From Camelus ferus (lineage: Eukaryota), in the NCBI RefSeq assembly GCF_009834535.1, contig NC_045696.1, forward strand, positions 13,270,001 to 13,334,000: DNA of 64,000 nt, read 5' to 3'. The notes under the pieces were generated by a model, which searched no databases, was not told the DNA's origin, and worked only from the letters and a program-made list of their open reading frames with translations. Shown piece by piece: positions 36,258 through 48,618 of the stretch (the first letter of the stretch is position 1; each line of letters starts with the position of its first letter). A program made the position numbers and the translations under genes.

Positions 36258-37694
36258 GAGAAAAATCAAAATACTAGACATCCTGCATACTCTGCATCTT
36301 TATGACATCCCATTCTGTTTAGATCACATAGTCCTTAAACCAGTGAGGGGAAGGGTGGCTGATACCCACAGGAAGGCTATCTCTGTATTTTATGGTTGTA
36401 GAAATGCCACAAGACTATCCTATTGTTTCAGTGGCTGGAAAATAATTACTATTTTCTTTCTTTTGTAGTTAAAATGAATCATCAGAGAGCAGAATAAAAC
36501 TCACTGAGAGGACAGTTCTAATGATCCCACTGGTATGAAGATACTCTGCAACACAGTTGTTAACGATGATGGCCCTGCTTTGGACCAGCTGCTCTCTGGG
36601 GTTCTTACAACAGAACTGTCATGGCCTTGTTCCCAATAGCAGTGACACTTCTTGCTCTAGCCCTGTCATTCTGGGTAAAGACAACCTCTTGGATGTAGAT
36701 GAGTAAAGTTATCCCATACAGCCTGAGCATCACAAAGATTGTATTATAGTTTGTTTTGAATATACTCAAGTCTAGATGAGGATAATTTGTGGAGTCTAAT
36801 TCCTGTGGTTGGTGACACAGTTGGTGCCTAAGACACCTGGAAAATCTCTGGGTAATAGTCTTCCAATAACATGTCCTGGTATCTAAAGGCGCCTACATCA
36901 CATTTCAACCCAATCATTTTCCAGAAGGCAATGCACTGCTGTGACGACAGTAACAAAAAGTCCTCCACAAACCCACAGCCTGTATTGCTAAGATCAATTC
37001 ATATGTCACAAATAATTGGCATAATGCTGCTATCATAGTAGCAGAAACTTAAAACGGAACCTGGAGTGTGCCTAGGCAATTCTGAGGTATTCTTGTAATA
37101 TTTATAAGGGTTTTTATTACTGCTTCTTTCCACTGAAAAATAGGTGTCTTAGAAGTTTACACTGACTATTCTGAAATGTATTGCTCCTTTTATAGCCTTC
37201 TTAATATCAGGATAAATTCTAAACCATCAGACAGGGTTTCTAGTCAATATTTCTAGTGGACAACTTCCAAATGTGAGACATACAATGGGATTAACTAATG
37301 GTTTCACTGCAAGTTAGAAATACGTTACTTCAGCATAAGAATGACCTTCAGGAAACCAGTTGAATAATATCAAGTCTCAGAGAAGCAATTTTAAGAAGAA
37401 GGTTCGAACTCTAGGGTGCAGCTCCTCCTCAGCTGCCAACTGTGGTACTTAAGGCTGCGTTTACGCTATCCTCTGAGCCAAATGCTCTTTTGGCAACACA
37501 ATTTTTAATGCTGGTCTTCAGTAGAACATCTAGGTATAAGCAGCCCTTTAGATCAGCCTTTATTGGTGCAAAAAAAGGCTCACATGAAACACTGAATGAT
37601 TATAACCTGTATCTACAAAGGTAACAGTGGAATGTATAGAAAAATAGCATTGGTTCCTGTAAAATCATAACATAGAAAACTACCCATCTCCTTA

Positions 37695-38152
37695 TGGAGT
37701 AGGCTGAATATTGGTCCCCTAAAAATGTCCACATCCTTATTTTAAGAATATGTTAGTATGTTACTTTACATGACAAAAGGAACTTTGCAGATGTGATAAA
37801 GTTAAGAATCTTAATTTACTGGGCGATTATTCTGGATTATCCAGGTGGGCCCAATGTTATCACAAGGGTCTTTGTAAGATGGAAGCAGAAGGGTCCAAGG
37901 CAGAGAGGTGATGTGAAGATGGAAACAGAGGGGAAAAAATTCAGTGTGATGTGGGACCACAAGTTGAAGAACGAGGACAGCCTTTAGAAGCTGAACAAGG
38001 CAAGGAATTAGATTCTTCCTGAAGCCTTCAGAAGGACTATAGCCCTGTCAACACCTTGACTTTAGGCTGCTGAACTGTAAGAGAATAAATTTGTATTGTT
38101 TTAAGCCACTACATTTGTGATGATTCATTGCAACAGCAATAGGAAACCAACA
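37695..38152 (+). mobile_element. MaLR solo LTR (MLT1C/D-like)
   Basis: AGGCTGAATATTGGTCCCC..GAACTTTGCAGATGTGAT..GGATTATCCAGGTGGGCCCAATG..AGAATAAATTTGTATTGTTTTAAGCCAC..CAGCAATAGGAAAC. Confidence 0.88.
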
Positions 38153-39181
38153 GATCTCATTTGCTCATCTTTCTCTGATTATGGTCTATGAGGTTGCACA
38201 GTTTTGGTGTATTGATACCAAGTGCATTTATCAAGAGGAGAAATGGCTTGTTTAAAGTTGAAAACTTTCTCAGTTTCTCTGTGCCCCTCCATTCATATAC
38301 ACACAGTAACCACATGCCTGCACACAGACACAAGCTACCCACAAAGAGAGTCTCGGGTTTTCCTTCCACTGGAAGGTGGTGCTATGCCATTTGCAAACCC
38401 AGGCCACAGTCCTCCTGCCTCCCAGTGAAATCAGAAAAAGCAAAGGATATTCCACAAAGTGTTGGTGAATTGAACAGCTGTACTATTTGGGAGTGTCTTT
38501 CAGTCTGAATTTCTTTGTAAGCTTCTCTCTCCAGACAAATGATCAGAAGGAGAAGGGAAGCTGACCCTAACAGATATTAATAAGTGGAGTGGAGACCAAT
38601 GGGGTTTGGTTTAGCTTCAGAAGATAATCTAACTAGAAGAGCCACCTGGCATCACTCAGGTGCACAACAGAAGAGATTATGCTATTTAAAGAGAACAGAC
38701 TGCTGACCACAGAGCAGAAAACAAGACTTCCCTTGGCAGAACAAAGCAGGCAACCTGGCAAATGGGAGTGAGCAGAGCTTTGGAAGATTACATGAACATA
38801 AACAATAGACTCTCTGCAACATCCAGGGGAAACTGGTGGAAAGGTGAGGTATCGGAAAGACTACGGTGGAAGAAAAGTTTTCACAGCAGAGAACTGAACA
38901 AATCCAGAAGCTGGAGAGTTAACAGAGAGTATGTTGCTTGCACTGTAATCTTTTTGCAATAAGCTTCTTTCATACTGGTGGTAATAAAAACGACACCTGA
39001 AATTTGCATGAAGATATACTTCTGAGGGAGAGACAGTCATGCAGCCGTTAAACGGTGGTCTTGCTTGTCTCATGATGTATCTGTAGTACCCTGAAGTCAT
39101 CCGCAGATTTTTTGGCTTTTTGAATGACTGTTTTGCCAATTTATCTAATAACTGCCAGGCTTAGAAAGCAATTATTTATGT

Positions 39182-39352
39182 CATTGTTTCTCAGTGAGTT
39201 AGCGTCTCCAAAGAACTTTTTAAAAATACCGATGCCTGTATCCCACCCCTAAATACGCTGATTTATTTGGTCTGGTGTATGTTCTAGGCATTGGTATCTG
39301 TGCTGTCAATACTCTCCAGGTGATATATACAGCTGGAGCTGAGAACCACTGA
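39182..39352. mobile_element. MER5-like hAT relic
   Basis: CATTGTTTCTCA and TGAGAACCACTG inverted ends; internal AAAATACCGATGCCTG..CCCACCCC. Confidence 0.7.
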
Positions 39353-40129
39353 TTTATATTAACCAAGCTCATATTTTTAAGTCATAAGAATAATGATCAC
39401 AGTTACTGGTTGCTGAGTGCTACAACCTGGCCACTGCTGCCATAGGTTCTTTATCTACTGCTGGGGAAGAAGTGTTATCCTCAATGTATGGATCTGAAAG
39501 AGAGTATAATTATAGTATACATACTCAGGTTTATTCAGGTTTGATTTCAATCCTGGGCTCTTTGTGCTGTTTGTTTATTCATTGATAATAGGTATAAGTC
39601 AGTACTTTGCACGAAGTCCTTCTGGACTTCAAGAATCCAAATAAAAACATATGAGAGCAAAGTTAGAAGGACGGGAGCTGGAGCGTTATTTTGAGGAATG
39701 GATCCATCAAGCCAAGAGAGCTTGGAAAGTTGCCTCTCTATTTTGAAGGGAGCCTCTTGTCCAGAGAGCTGGGCCCCACTGTCCATGGCTTTGCCGTGGG
39801 TGGTGCTGCAGGTACCGTGAGAGGAGCCTCACTCACTTTTCCCACTTCTGTCCAGAATTCAGACCTACACAGCTCGTCTGTTACAGTATCTTTTTAGATA
39901 TTTGAATTAATTAGATCTTAATTTTAAATCTCTTTAGTGATGTTTGGGAAGAACTTTAATCTCTTTAATGGAATCAGCTTTCATCAAGAAAGGATCATTT
40001 GTAAAAAGAATTATAACAAGTTTTTGTTGTTGTTACAATTGTGTAATAGACATAATAACAGATTTTTTTGTAGAGTTGATGTTACAGTGGTAGTGGGCAC
40101 AAGGTGTGGAGGGCACTGCATGGCACGCT

Positions 40130-40625
40130 AAACAATGTACCCTTTATACTTAAGGCAATAACGGAGGGGGGCACTCGGAACTTTCACACATGAGAGGGAT
40201 AAAGTCAGATTTTTTATTTAGAATGAACACTGTATGAGGCTACATGGAGGCTGGATGGAGAAAAGGAGGGAGAGGGGACTTGTGGCAGGGAGATCATTTC
40301 GTTCTAGTGCAGGAGGAAAATGATGAGAGAGGTGGAGAAAAGGAGGTAGAATCTGAAACATATTTAGAGGGCAGAGTCTACGACATTCAGTAACTAGCAG
40401 GAAAGGTGAAGGGGAGTCAAGGGGATTCCCTAGGTTTCTGGCTTGAGTAACTGAATGGTGTTTCTAGTTATCAAGACAGGGAGAGGAGGAGAAACTGGCT
40501 CGCTGGAGGAAGGATGAGGAGGAAGATGCAATGTGTTAAGTCTGATACGGAGATTTAACGACATTGGACAGGATCTTCCTAAGGCAGGGAGACTTGTTAA
40601 TTTAGGCTGAAAGGAAGTTTGGGAA
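40130..40625 (-). mobile_element. L2 LINE fragment (antisense)
   Basis: GAGAGGGATAAAGTCAGATT..GGAGTCAAGGGGATTCCCTAGGTTTCTGGCTTGAGTAACTG are L2 motifs. Confidence 0.6.
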
Positions 40626-42784
40626 CCACTGGTGTGATATGGCGCAGGGGTTGGGTTGGGAAGTGCTGTGTCACCCTTGTAGCTCTGTAGTACCGTGTCA
40701 CTAATAATACTGGTGATGCTGGTCTCTAACACGTGGGATGTTCCGTGCACCGGTGGTGGGCTTAATACCTTATAGGCATTGTCACATTTAATTCTTCTCG
40801 AACCGCGTGAGGCAGGTGCTATGACATTCCTATCTTACAGTTGTAACAAATCACAAGTCACTAAGTCCTCTACCAAACAGCTCCATCTAAAACACTGGAA
40901 TTTTCATGGTATTTTATGCCCCCTGGCACAGTCTTTAGCACATAGGAAACATCTAATAGCTGTTGCCTGAATAAATGGTGCAATTGACATCTTACAGAGT
41001 CACCATTATGACAGAAATGTTGTGGCTGACAGTCACGGGGAAAGTAGGGTGGAAGGGTCCTTTTGGTAAAATCTTGCATTTATGAAGGGTTGAAGAAGCA
41101 GATGAGGTTAACATAACAGAGTGATTTTTAACTTACTTCAGCCCTTCTTTAGGGAATCTGAGTGAAGCCTTGGTTCCTGTCCCCTGAGACAGGCACACTG
41201 ATGGACGTGGACATCTTCAAAATTTTGAGTAGAGCTGAGCTTCACTGATCTCACTATAGGTTTAAGACACGCTTTGATATACACATCTTCAAATTCTTTA
41301 AATGGTTCCTTTTAAATCCCCAGCCCCCTTCTATTGCAAGGATAATTTATCATCCTATTTATGGCCAAATTTTGATGTACCTGGAATTAAGTATTCGAGC
41401 ATTTCTGAGGCATATATGTGATTTTTATTACCTCTCAATTCAGATTGAAACAAATTTAAGTCCTTTTCCAAATCTACTCTTCGGAGGTTTTTGAGAATCC
41501 TCAAAAAGGCATCATCCACACTGAGGACATAGACAAATTGCAACCCCCTCAACTAAATTGTTGATTACTCATAGAGCTCAATTAATTCTTGTGTATATTT
41601 AATAACATACTCATATCTATGAACTGCTCTTTACAGCCCAAACTATGTGCTCAGGAAATGTAAATAGATTCTAATATCTGAGAGAAACATAATTAGGATG
41701 GGGATGTGCTGCCAAAGTAATTATATAACATAGTACAAATTATCATCTAGCTAGTATAAATTGAGATTCATCATTATTACATTGTCAGGACTTATCCAAA
41801 GTAATGAACTTATCATCAGTTAAGTGTCTCAAAGACAACCAAAGGATTCCAAAAACCTTAACAAAAGAATGAACTGCTTAATTACTTCCCCATTTCTTTG
41901 AGAGCCCACTAAGTACAAGGCAATGTGTTAAGTCCTTTATGTCTAGACCCTAGTTAAGAGGATTCTTGATTACTTGTATGCATGGAAGCTCGGTGCTGAA
42001 GGGAAGCTTAGCAAGATTAGAATCCAGCAATCCTATTTTACAGATGAAGTGACTGGGTTGAAGAGGAATAAACAGACTTGCTCAAAGTAGCATATTTAGA
42101 GGGTCTAAGAAACCACATGAGACCTTGGTTTGAAATTCCAGCCTTACCATTGAGTGTATGCCTTGGAATCTCATTTTTCTCGTCTGTAACATGGAATATT
42201 TTGAGATGATAAAAAGATATTATCTTAGCCAAATGCATAGAATATTCTGGCACATAATGACTATCCAAGAAATGGTATTTATTTTATTATATTAGGGGAA
42301 GAGCAGAACTTGCAACTGGATCTCCCAGCTTTTACCTAAGAGTAGTCATAGTCCCTTACTGCTTTAGAAATTAGCTTCATGGTCTCCATCCAGTTTATTG
42401 GCATCGTATGGCTAAGCTCTTATGACATTCATTTTTAAGGTCTCTTTTACCTGAAGGTGGCAGAGATTTGGGGTTTTGCTGTTGTTTTCACTGTTGTACC
42501 TTTAGCACCTTCAATCAGTGCTCAGAAAAAATCTGTGTTGAATGAAAGAATGAATTTCTCTACCATGTCCCTACCACATCCTCCACTCTTTTCAATATAA
42601 GCAGCATTTCTTGAAGGCTTGTGTAAGCTAGAAATGATTGTATATTTGAGGAAAAAAGGAAGCAATTGCATTTAAGAAGTGCAAAGCTACACTAAAATGT
42701 GTTCTGCGTTCCATTACGAGGAGAATCAATTGATATCTTGGTGTACGTAACAGTAGCAGAACAGGATATTTTGTTTTCCTTTTA

Positions 42785-42975
42785 AATGCTGACATGTTTC
42801 AAATCCAAGCCTAGCCACTTGTTGGCTCTGTGACCTTGGGGAAGTTACATAATCTCTCTGAGCTCTGTCAGTTTCTTGTACACAGAATTTTATCTTAAAA
42901 AAATTAAATGACCGATGCATTTCACCTGCTTAGCACCATGCCTGGCACAGTGTTGAGTACATGGTGGCTCCTAAG
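42785..42975 (+). mobile_element. MIR SINE
   Basis: TTCAAATCCAAGCCTAGCCACTTGTTGGCTCTGTGACCTTGGGAAGTTACATAATCTCTCTGAGCTC...GCTTAGCACCATGCCTGGCACAG. Confidence 0.8.
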
Positions 42976-45900
42976 GTCTTGAGCTTATTCTATGTGTTTA
43001 TGATTAGGAATAATGGACTTGAGGATCTGACTTAGTGGGTGCAGTTTCCAAACACAGGTTTTCAACCTCTTAGCGTAGCACAGCTGTACTGCTTGACTTG
43101 ATGTTTTCTGTCCTAAGGGATGAAGACTGATGGTGCCTCTGTCCTGCAGAAACATAAAATGAAACCCATCTAACCACCTCGGCTTGCCTTGGTCACAGCT
43201 CTTAGGCATAACTATATGAGAAAAGAATCAATGCACAAAATTATTTGATTAATCAGCATTGCCATTGCACTTCCTAGCAAAGGGAAGCTGAACATTAAAG
43301 AATACATTTTCTCCCTGGCCTTGTTTTTATGCTAACTGAAAGAAAAGAAAAATAAAAAATAAAAACAAGAGCAGGCAAATGTTGACAGGAGAAAATGCAA
43401 TACAATTCTACAAAATATTTTGGTACTAAAATGTTTTATGGAGACTAATGGCTCAATTATAGCTTAATACTCATTGCCACGAGTGTTGTAAGGGGGAAAA
43501 CATCTCCCCCCCTGATGTGCTTGTTCATGTAAACAAGAGAAAAGGCTTCCTGAGTCAGAAACAGTATGTTCAAGCTCACCCACTGGTCACTCTCCAGTTC
43601 AGGGAATTGTCCCAGTCCTGAAGCAGCTTCCCTGCTGGATGGAGCAACACTGCGTCTCCTCCCCCTCCATCAGAGAACCATTAGGTTCCGGCTGCTGTGC
43701 TTGAAATAGTGACTTGCTTTCTCAGTCCTAGTACAAGATTTGAAAACAACGATGCAGTTTTCCAAAGAGGCAAATTTATTTTTGGGAAGTGGGATCATTG
43801 GTTCTAGTGCATTACTGTTCTTAATGACATAGGATTTCAGGATTGTATGAAATTTTCCTTTTGAGGAAACTGAGGCACAGAGGAACAACTTGTTCAACCA
43901 TGCTTGGCAGAGTTGAGAGTTCAGCATACTGAATCGGGTGGAAGGAAGGTGATTTTGGAGATTACTTACTTATTAAGAGCTTCTAGCCCAGTTCTTGGAT
44001 TATTCATTTCAGTTATTCAGCAGAGATGCACTGAGCACTCACTGTGTGTCAAATAATGTAGCAGATGTGGGGGATTTGGGAGAACAAGACAAAAAAGGCT
44101 TCTATCCTCTTGGAGCTTACACTGTAGAAGGGGATACTGATAACAAAAGAATCAATATCCTTAATTAATTATAGATTTTTATTAGGGTTACAGAGCAACT
44201 AAGGTGGTAAGGAATGAGAAAGGAGTTCCTTCTCCTTTATCTCCCAATCATGAAGGCTTAGGTGAGGCCAGCTTTGGAAAAGAATGATCCAGGTGTTAGC
44301 AAGTGCAAGGGCCATAAAATAGGGAAGGGAAGGCATGTTGTGTGGCTGGGCAGAGTGCCCCTGGAACAGCATCCTGGAGGCGGGAGGCTGGCAGGGAGGC
44401 TGGGTCATGTCATGTAGGTCACAGAGTTTTGCATGAAAAGCGTGCTCAGTAGATATAATTATGACTGTTCCTGAGCTTCAGTTTTTATTTGCAAAAAAAA
44501 AAAAAAAAAGCCAATAAAAATTACAGCAAGGGTTATTATGTCCATTCAAGGAGATGCTTGCTTATCACCCAGCATGGTGCTAGGCAGATTACGAGTTCCC
44601 TGCCTACAGTCTTCTTACCCTATGCCCTTTAAATTCATCTGCCACCAGCCATACCCTCGGTAGAATCATACTCGGTAGAAGTGAGTGAGGGGGCAAGTGT
44701 GGTGGAGAGTGAGGAGTCAGTGGGAGGAGAGTGGGACTTGGGGGAGGTAGGAGTGAGGAGGACCTGGGGACCTAGGATTTCCACATTAAAGCAGATTAAA
44801 GAGAGACCATCAAGATGCCTGCTGGGAGGTGGTGGGTGGATGGATGGGTCCCATGTATATGCTGCTGGTTGTTGGGGACACTGTTGGGCTGCAGAAATTC
44901 ATGAAGACAGTCTGTTCGTCTGAGAGCCCTGCTCCTCTGTAGCCTAATCAAGTCCTGACATTTGAATTTTTAACTAATTTTGGGGAAATAACTTTTCAGA
45001 TTCTCATCATATAGTACTTGTTCAATGTGAATAGGAATGATTACTTTGCTGAAGTGATTAGCATGCCAAAGAAAAACTATAGAATTTTCCCCAATTTTTA
45101 CTTTTAGATAAATGTCAAATATCTTCTTTAAAGTGCATTCGATTTCTTTTTTTCTTCTTAAGAATCATTAAAAAGTAGCAAAATATGATGAAGGTACAGG
45201 GAAGTATAGAAATAATGGGAAATGTGCATGAGAAGAAAGCCAGGTTACCCTGGCAGAGAAAATTTTCTCAGCAGTGATTTTAGTCACCAAAGAAGTAAAA
45301 GCTGTTAATACTAATTTCATCTAAAGGAGACGAGCAGCGAGTGGTGGTGTTTTTCTCAGATACTTCTGGAAGCATAATTCAGAGTGGAATGGTTATCTGT
45401 TCTGAAATGAGGGCCACTTGTGGTCAAGTGGGCACACAAGCCCTGGGATTAGGTGGTCTGGAGGCCACAGGGCAGCGAGGCTGTTCAGAGAGTGACCTTG
45501 TGTGAGGCACTCGACCTATCTGAGCTTCAGTTTTCTCAACTCTGAAGTGAGAATGCCAAATTAGCCTCAGGATAAATGGGGACAGCACGAGATGAGATAC
45601 AGGATGCTAGATACCAGCTTTGTCACCTCAGTTAAAAAAAAAAAAAATCTCTTTCCTTCCTCCTTTTCCCTCAGAAGAAAGAGATTGGTTGAGTGGTGGC
45701 TGGAATTAGGACCCTGAACTCCTGAACCCTCAGCCTCCCTAGAAATTCTCTGCAGACAGATGCAGGGAAAGTCCTTGTCTTTGTTTCTACATGTTGTTGC
45801 CCAGGGCTAATGGAGCAAGTTAAATTGAATCACAGGGAGTACTAGTACCCCATTTTGACTAGAATCAAAGGTCCTAAGGTCTTCAATATCACTTTTCAAA

Positions 45901-47528
45901 TCATAACCACCTCTTGGAGGTCCAAAGGAAGCCCATTAAATCAACCTGGGTCCTTTGCTGTGATTTAAAAAAAAAGAGCAATAATTCTTTCACATGCAGT
46001 AAGGTAGGGGTTTCATGCTGGAACCTTTAAAAAAGGTTCTCCTTCCCTCCCAATGTTTGTAGATCATTGGTCCAGAACAAAGAGGGGATGAACAGATCCT
46101 TTATTCACTTCCCCTAATCTTACCACTTGCATGATTAGGGAAAGTAAACACAAGATAAAACAGGATAAGACAGGATGGAGAAAGTGTCCATGTCAATGGT
46201 TAGTGCCAAGCTGAACTATCCCTACTTCCCCTTGTCCCTGCCAGATATTTCTTGGGAGGGGTCCTCTTAGATGGTTTTCTGTGTGTGTGTGCGTGTGTGT
46301 GTTTTAATTTCCTTTAAATGATATAATCTCTATGCTATAAGAAAAGAACCATTTATATCAAAGGAACTTTATATCCACATTTATCAAATTAGAGGAGGAG
46401 AAACTCTAGCAGCCCCTCCCCGTGGCCACCATGCACATCTCTTGCCTCTTCCAAACCTGCCCGTTGGGAGAGATATGGCCAGTTATGTGAGCCAAAAGGA
46501 TTTCTAACCAAGAGAAGGCTCATCAGCAAATCATTCTCTTAAATGTAACAGAAGTCCCTGGCTTCTGCTATAAAACACTCTTGGGAAGGGACGCTTCTTT
46601 GCATTTTGAGGGCTACACATAAAATCAGGGCGTTTTTTTCCTCAGTTCTGGTCGACACTCCACTACACACTTTAATGACTGTATTAAAATTCTCAAATGA
46701 AGCCTTAAGATAAAGGGCAGCAGATTATATTCATTCACCTTTAAAGTTCTCTAGTTGCTGACATTACTGCAACATGCTTGCTTTCTTTACTGAGATATAT
46801 TTATAGTAGCTAGAGATTTGTGAATGCAGCTGTGGTCTAGAGGTAAGTGACAGGTGCTCTGCCTAACTTGAGAAGCAGCGTGTCACAGTGGCGAATGCAT
46901 CCAATGGGATAAAGTAGGCTGAGTGTTAGATCCTGGCCGTGTTACTCTGGGGAAGTCATTTCACCTCCTACAAAGTAAGAGAATTAGCCTTGACGATGTC
47001 TATGATTGCTCTCAACCATAACCTTAAATAACGTCTATGATTCAAAACAGATTTTTAGTATAATCTTGCAGGCGATAAGAGAGACCTCTAGTCCACTTTT
47101 CTGATTATCTACTTATAGTGAAATTGACATTTTAACTCTGCACTCAATGGCTTCAGAGAGATGCCCTTCAAGTGTGAGATACAGCACTGGACATTCAGGC
47201 TAGATGACCGCTCCAGGAGAGCTCTTCCAAGCGATTCAGACACTCACAGATCTGCATTTGTGTGGAAGGGTTGGTCTGTTTGTGAAATTAGTGCCCATTA
47301 CCAGTCAACCACACAGCACACCCCAGTCCTTTTAAACTAGGGAATACTATATCAGCTTGGACCATTTTAGATAAGTACATTGCTTTATGCCACAGTAACT
47401 ATTTAAATTACATACATAAATATAACCTGACTATTTCCCCCTACTTCCCCCCAGTTCAATTCTCTGGTCTTTTATTAGTACTTCTATTTTAATCATCTCG
47501 CTTGCTTTTCCCATTGTCCTTGTCTATG

Positions 47529-47758
47529 CTATTTTCTCAGCCTCGGTACTTTTGGCATTTTAGGTTACATAGTTCTTTGGGTTTTTTTTTTTGTGGGGGA
47601 GGTGTCTTGTGTCTTATAGGATGTTTAGCAATATCTCTGGCCTCCAATTACTAGTTGTCAGTAGAGTGCCACTGTCCCCAATATGACAACCAAAATGTCT
47701 CCAAACATTGGCAAAAGTCCCTGTGGCGGGTTAAGTCACTCCGGGCTGAGAACCACTC
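47529..47758. mobile_element. MER20 hAT-Charlie DNA transposon
   Basis: TATAGGATGTTTAGCAATATCTCTGGCCTC..TGACAACCAAAATGTCTCCAAACATTGGCAAA..GCTGAGAACCACT. Confidence 0.85.
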
Positions 47759-48436
47759 TGTGCTTAATCTTCTTTTTTTTTTTTTTTCAATTCTGATTTT
47801 TCTTTCTTGGACATAAGAACAATGCTATATCCTGAAGGGCTTGGAAAGTATTACTCTGTTATTATCATTCTTAACATTCTAACATCTTTCACTTATGTAA
47901 GGTTTCACAATTTATCAAGCATCTCCACCCACACTATCCGTGGAGATTTAATTCATGCCAGCTCATTGTCTGTAACAAATTAGCAGAGGGAGGCATCTTT
48001 TCTGTGACTGTCCCTGTGCCCTTTTTTCCAACATGCTTGGAATCTTGCATGTTTGATAAGAGGTCTTGCCCCGAGGAAGATGTGTTTAGGACAAGTCAGG
48101 CCTTGTGTAATGAAAGCTGGCTTGGTCTTTCAAAGAGTCATAAAATAAGACACGTTTAATCACCTTGAAATGATACCCTTCTCAATCTCTGCTGGCAGGG
48201 TCTACAAATCTGCCAATACATACTCAAGATGGCACATCTACAGCTACATACCAACAGGTGGCTTCAGTGAGGACTGAGTCCCACGGCTCTTTAAAAGTGT
48301 TCTGAATACTGCAGTCCTCAGCCTAAACTGGACTGCTGGGGTCTTATCACGCTGCACTAAGTGAGAGCAGATGGCATTTTTGAGAAAGAGAAATGAGCAT
48401 ATCCCCCGCATTTTCACCTTCTCCCTACCCTCTTAC

Positions 48437-48618
48437 CTGCTTAAGGATTTCAGCAGCTGTTTCGTGTGAACAATCAAATATCACATAGAACTCCTTGCCT
48501 TTCTTCATCTCCTTGAGTAAAGGCTTGGCATCTTTATTCCCAGAGGGCAGCTGGCGGATTTTGATTTTAATGTTGTATCTGGAGGGAGCTTTGATGAGCT
48601 CTTGCAGACGAATTAGAC
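48437..48618 (-). CDS. GRIK1: GluK1 coding exon (exon 4, 182 bp): [61 protein letters not shown]
   Basis: Acceptor TTTTCCAG|GTCTAATT and donor AAGCAG|GTAAGA. Phase 1-0. Confidence 0.98.
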
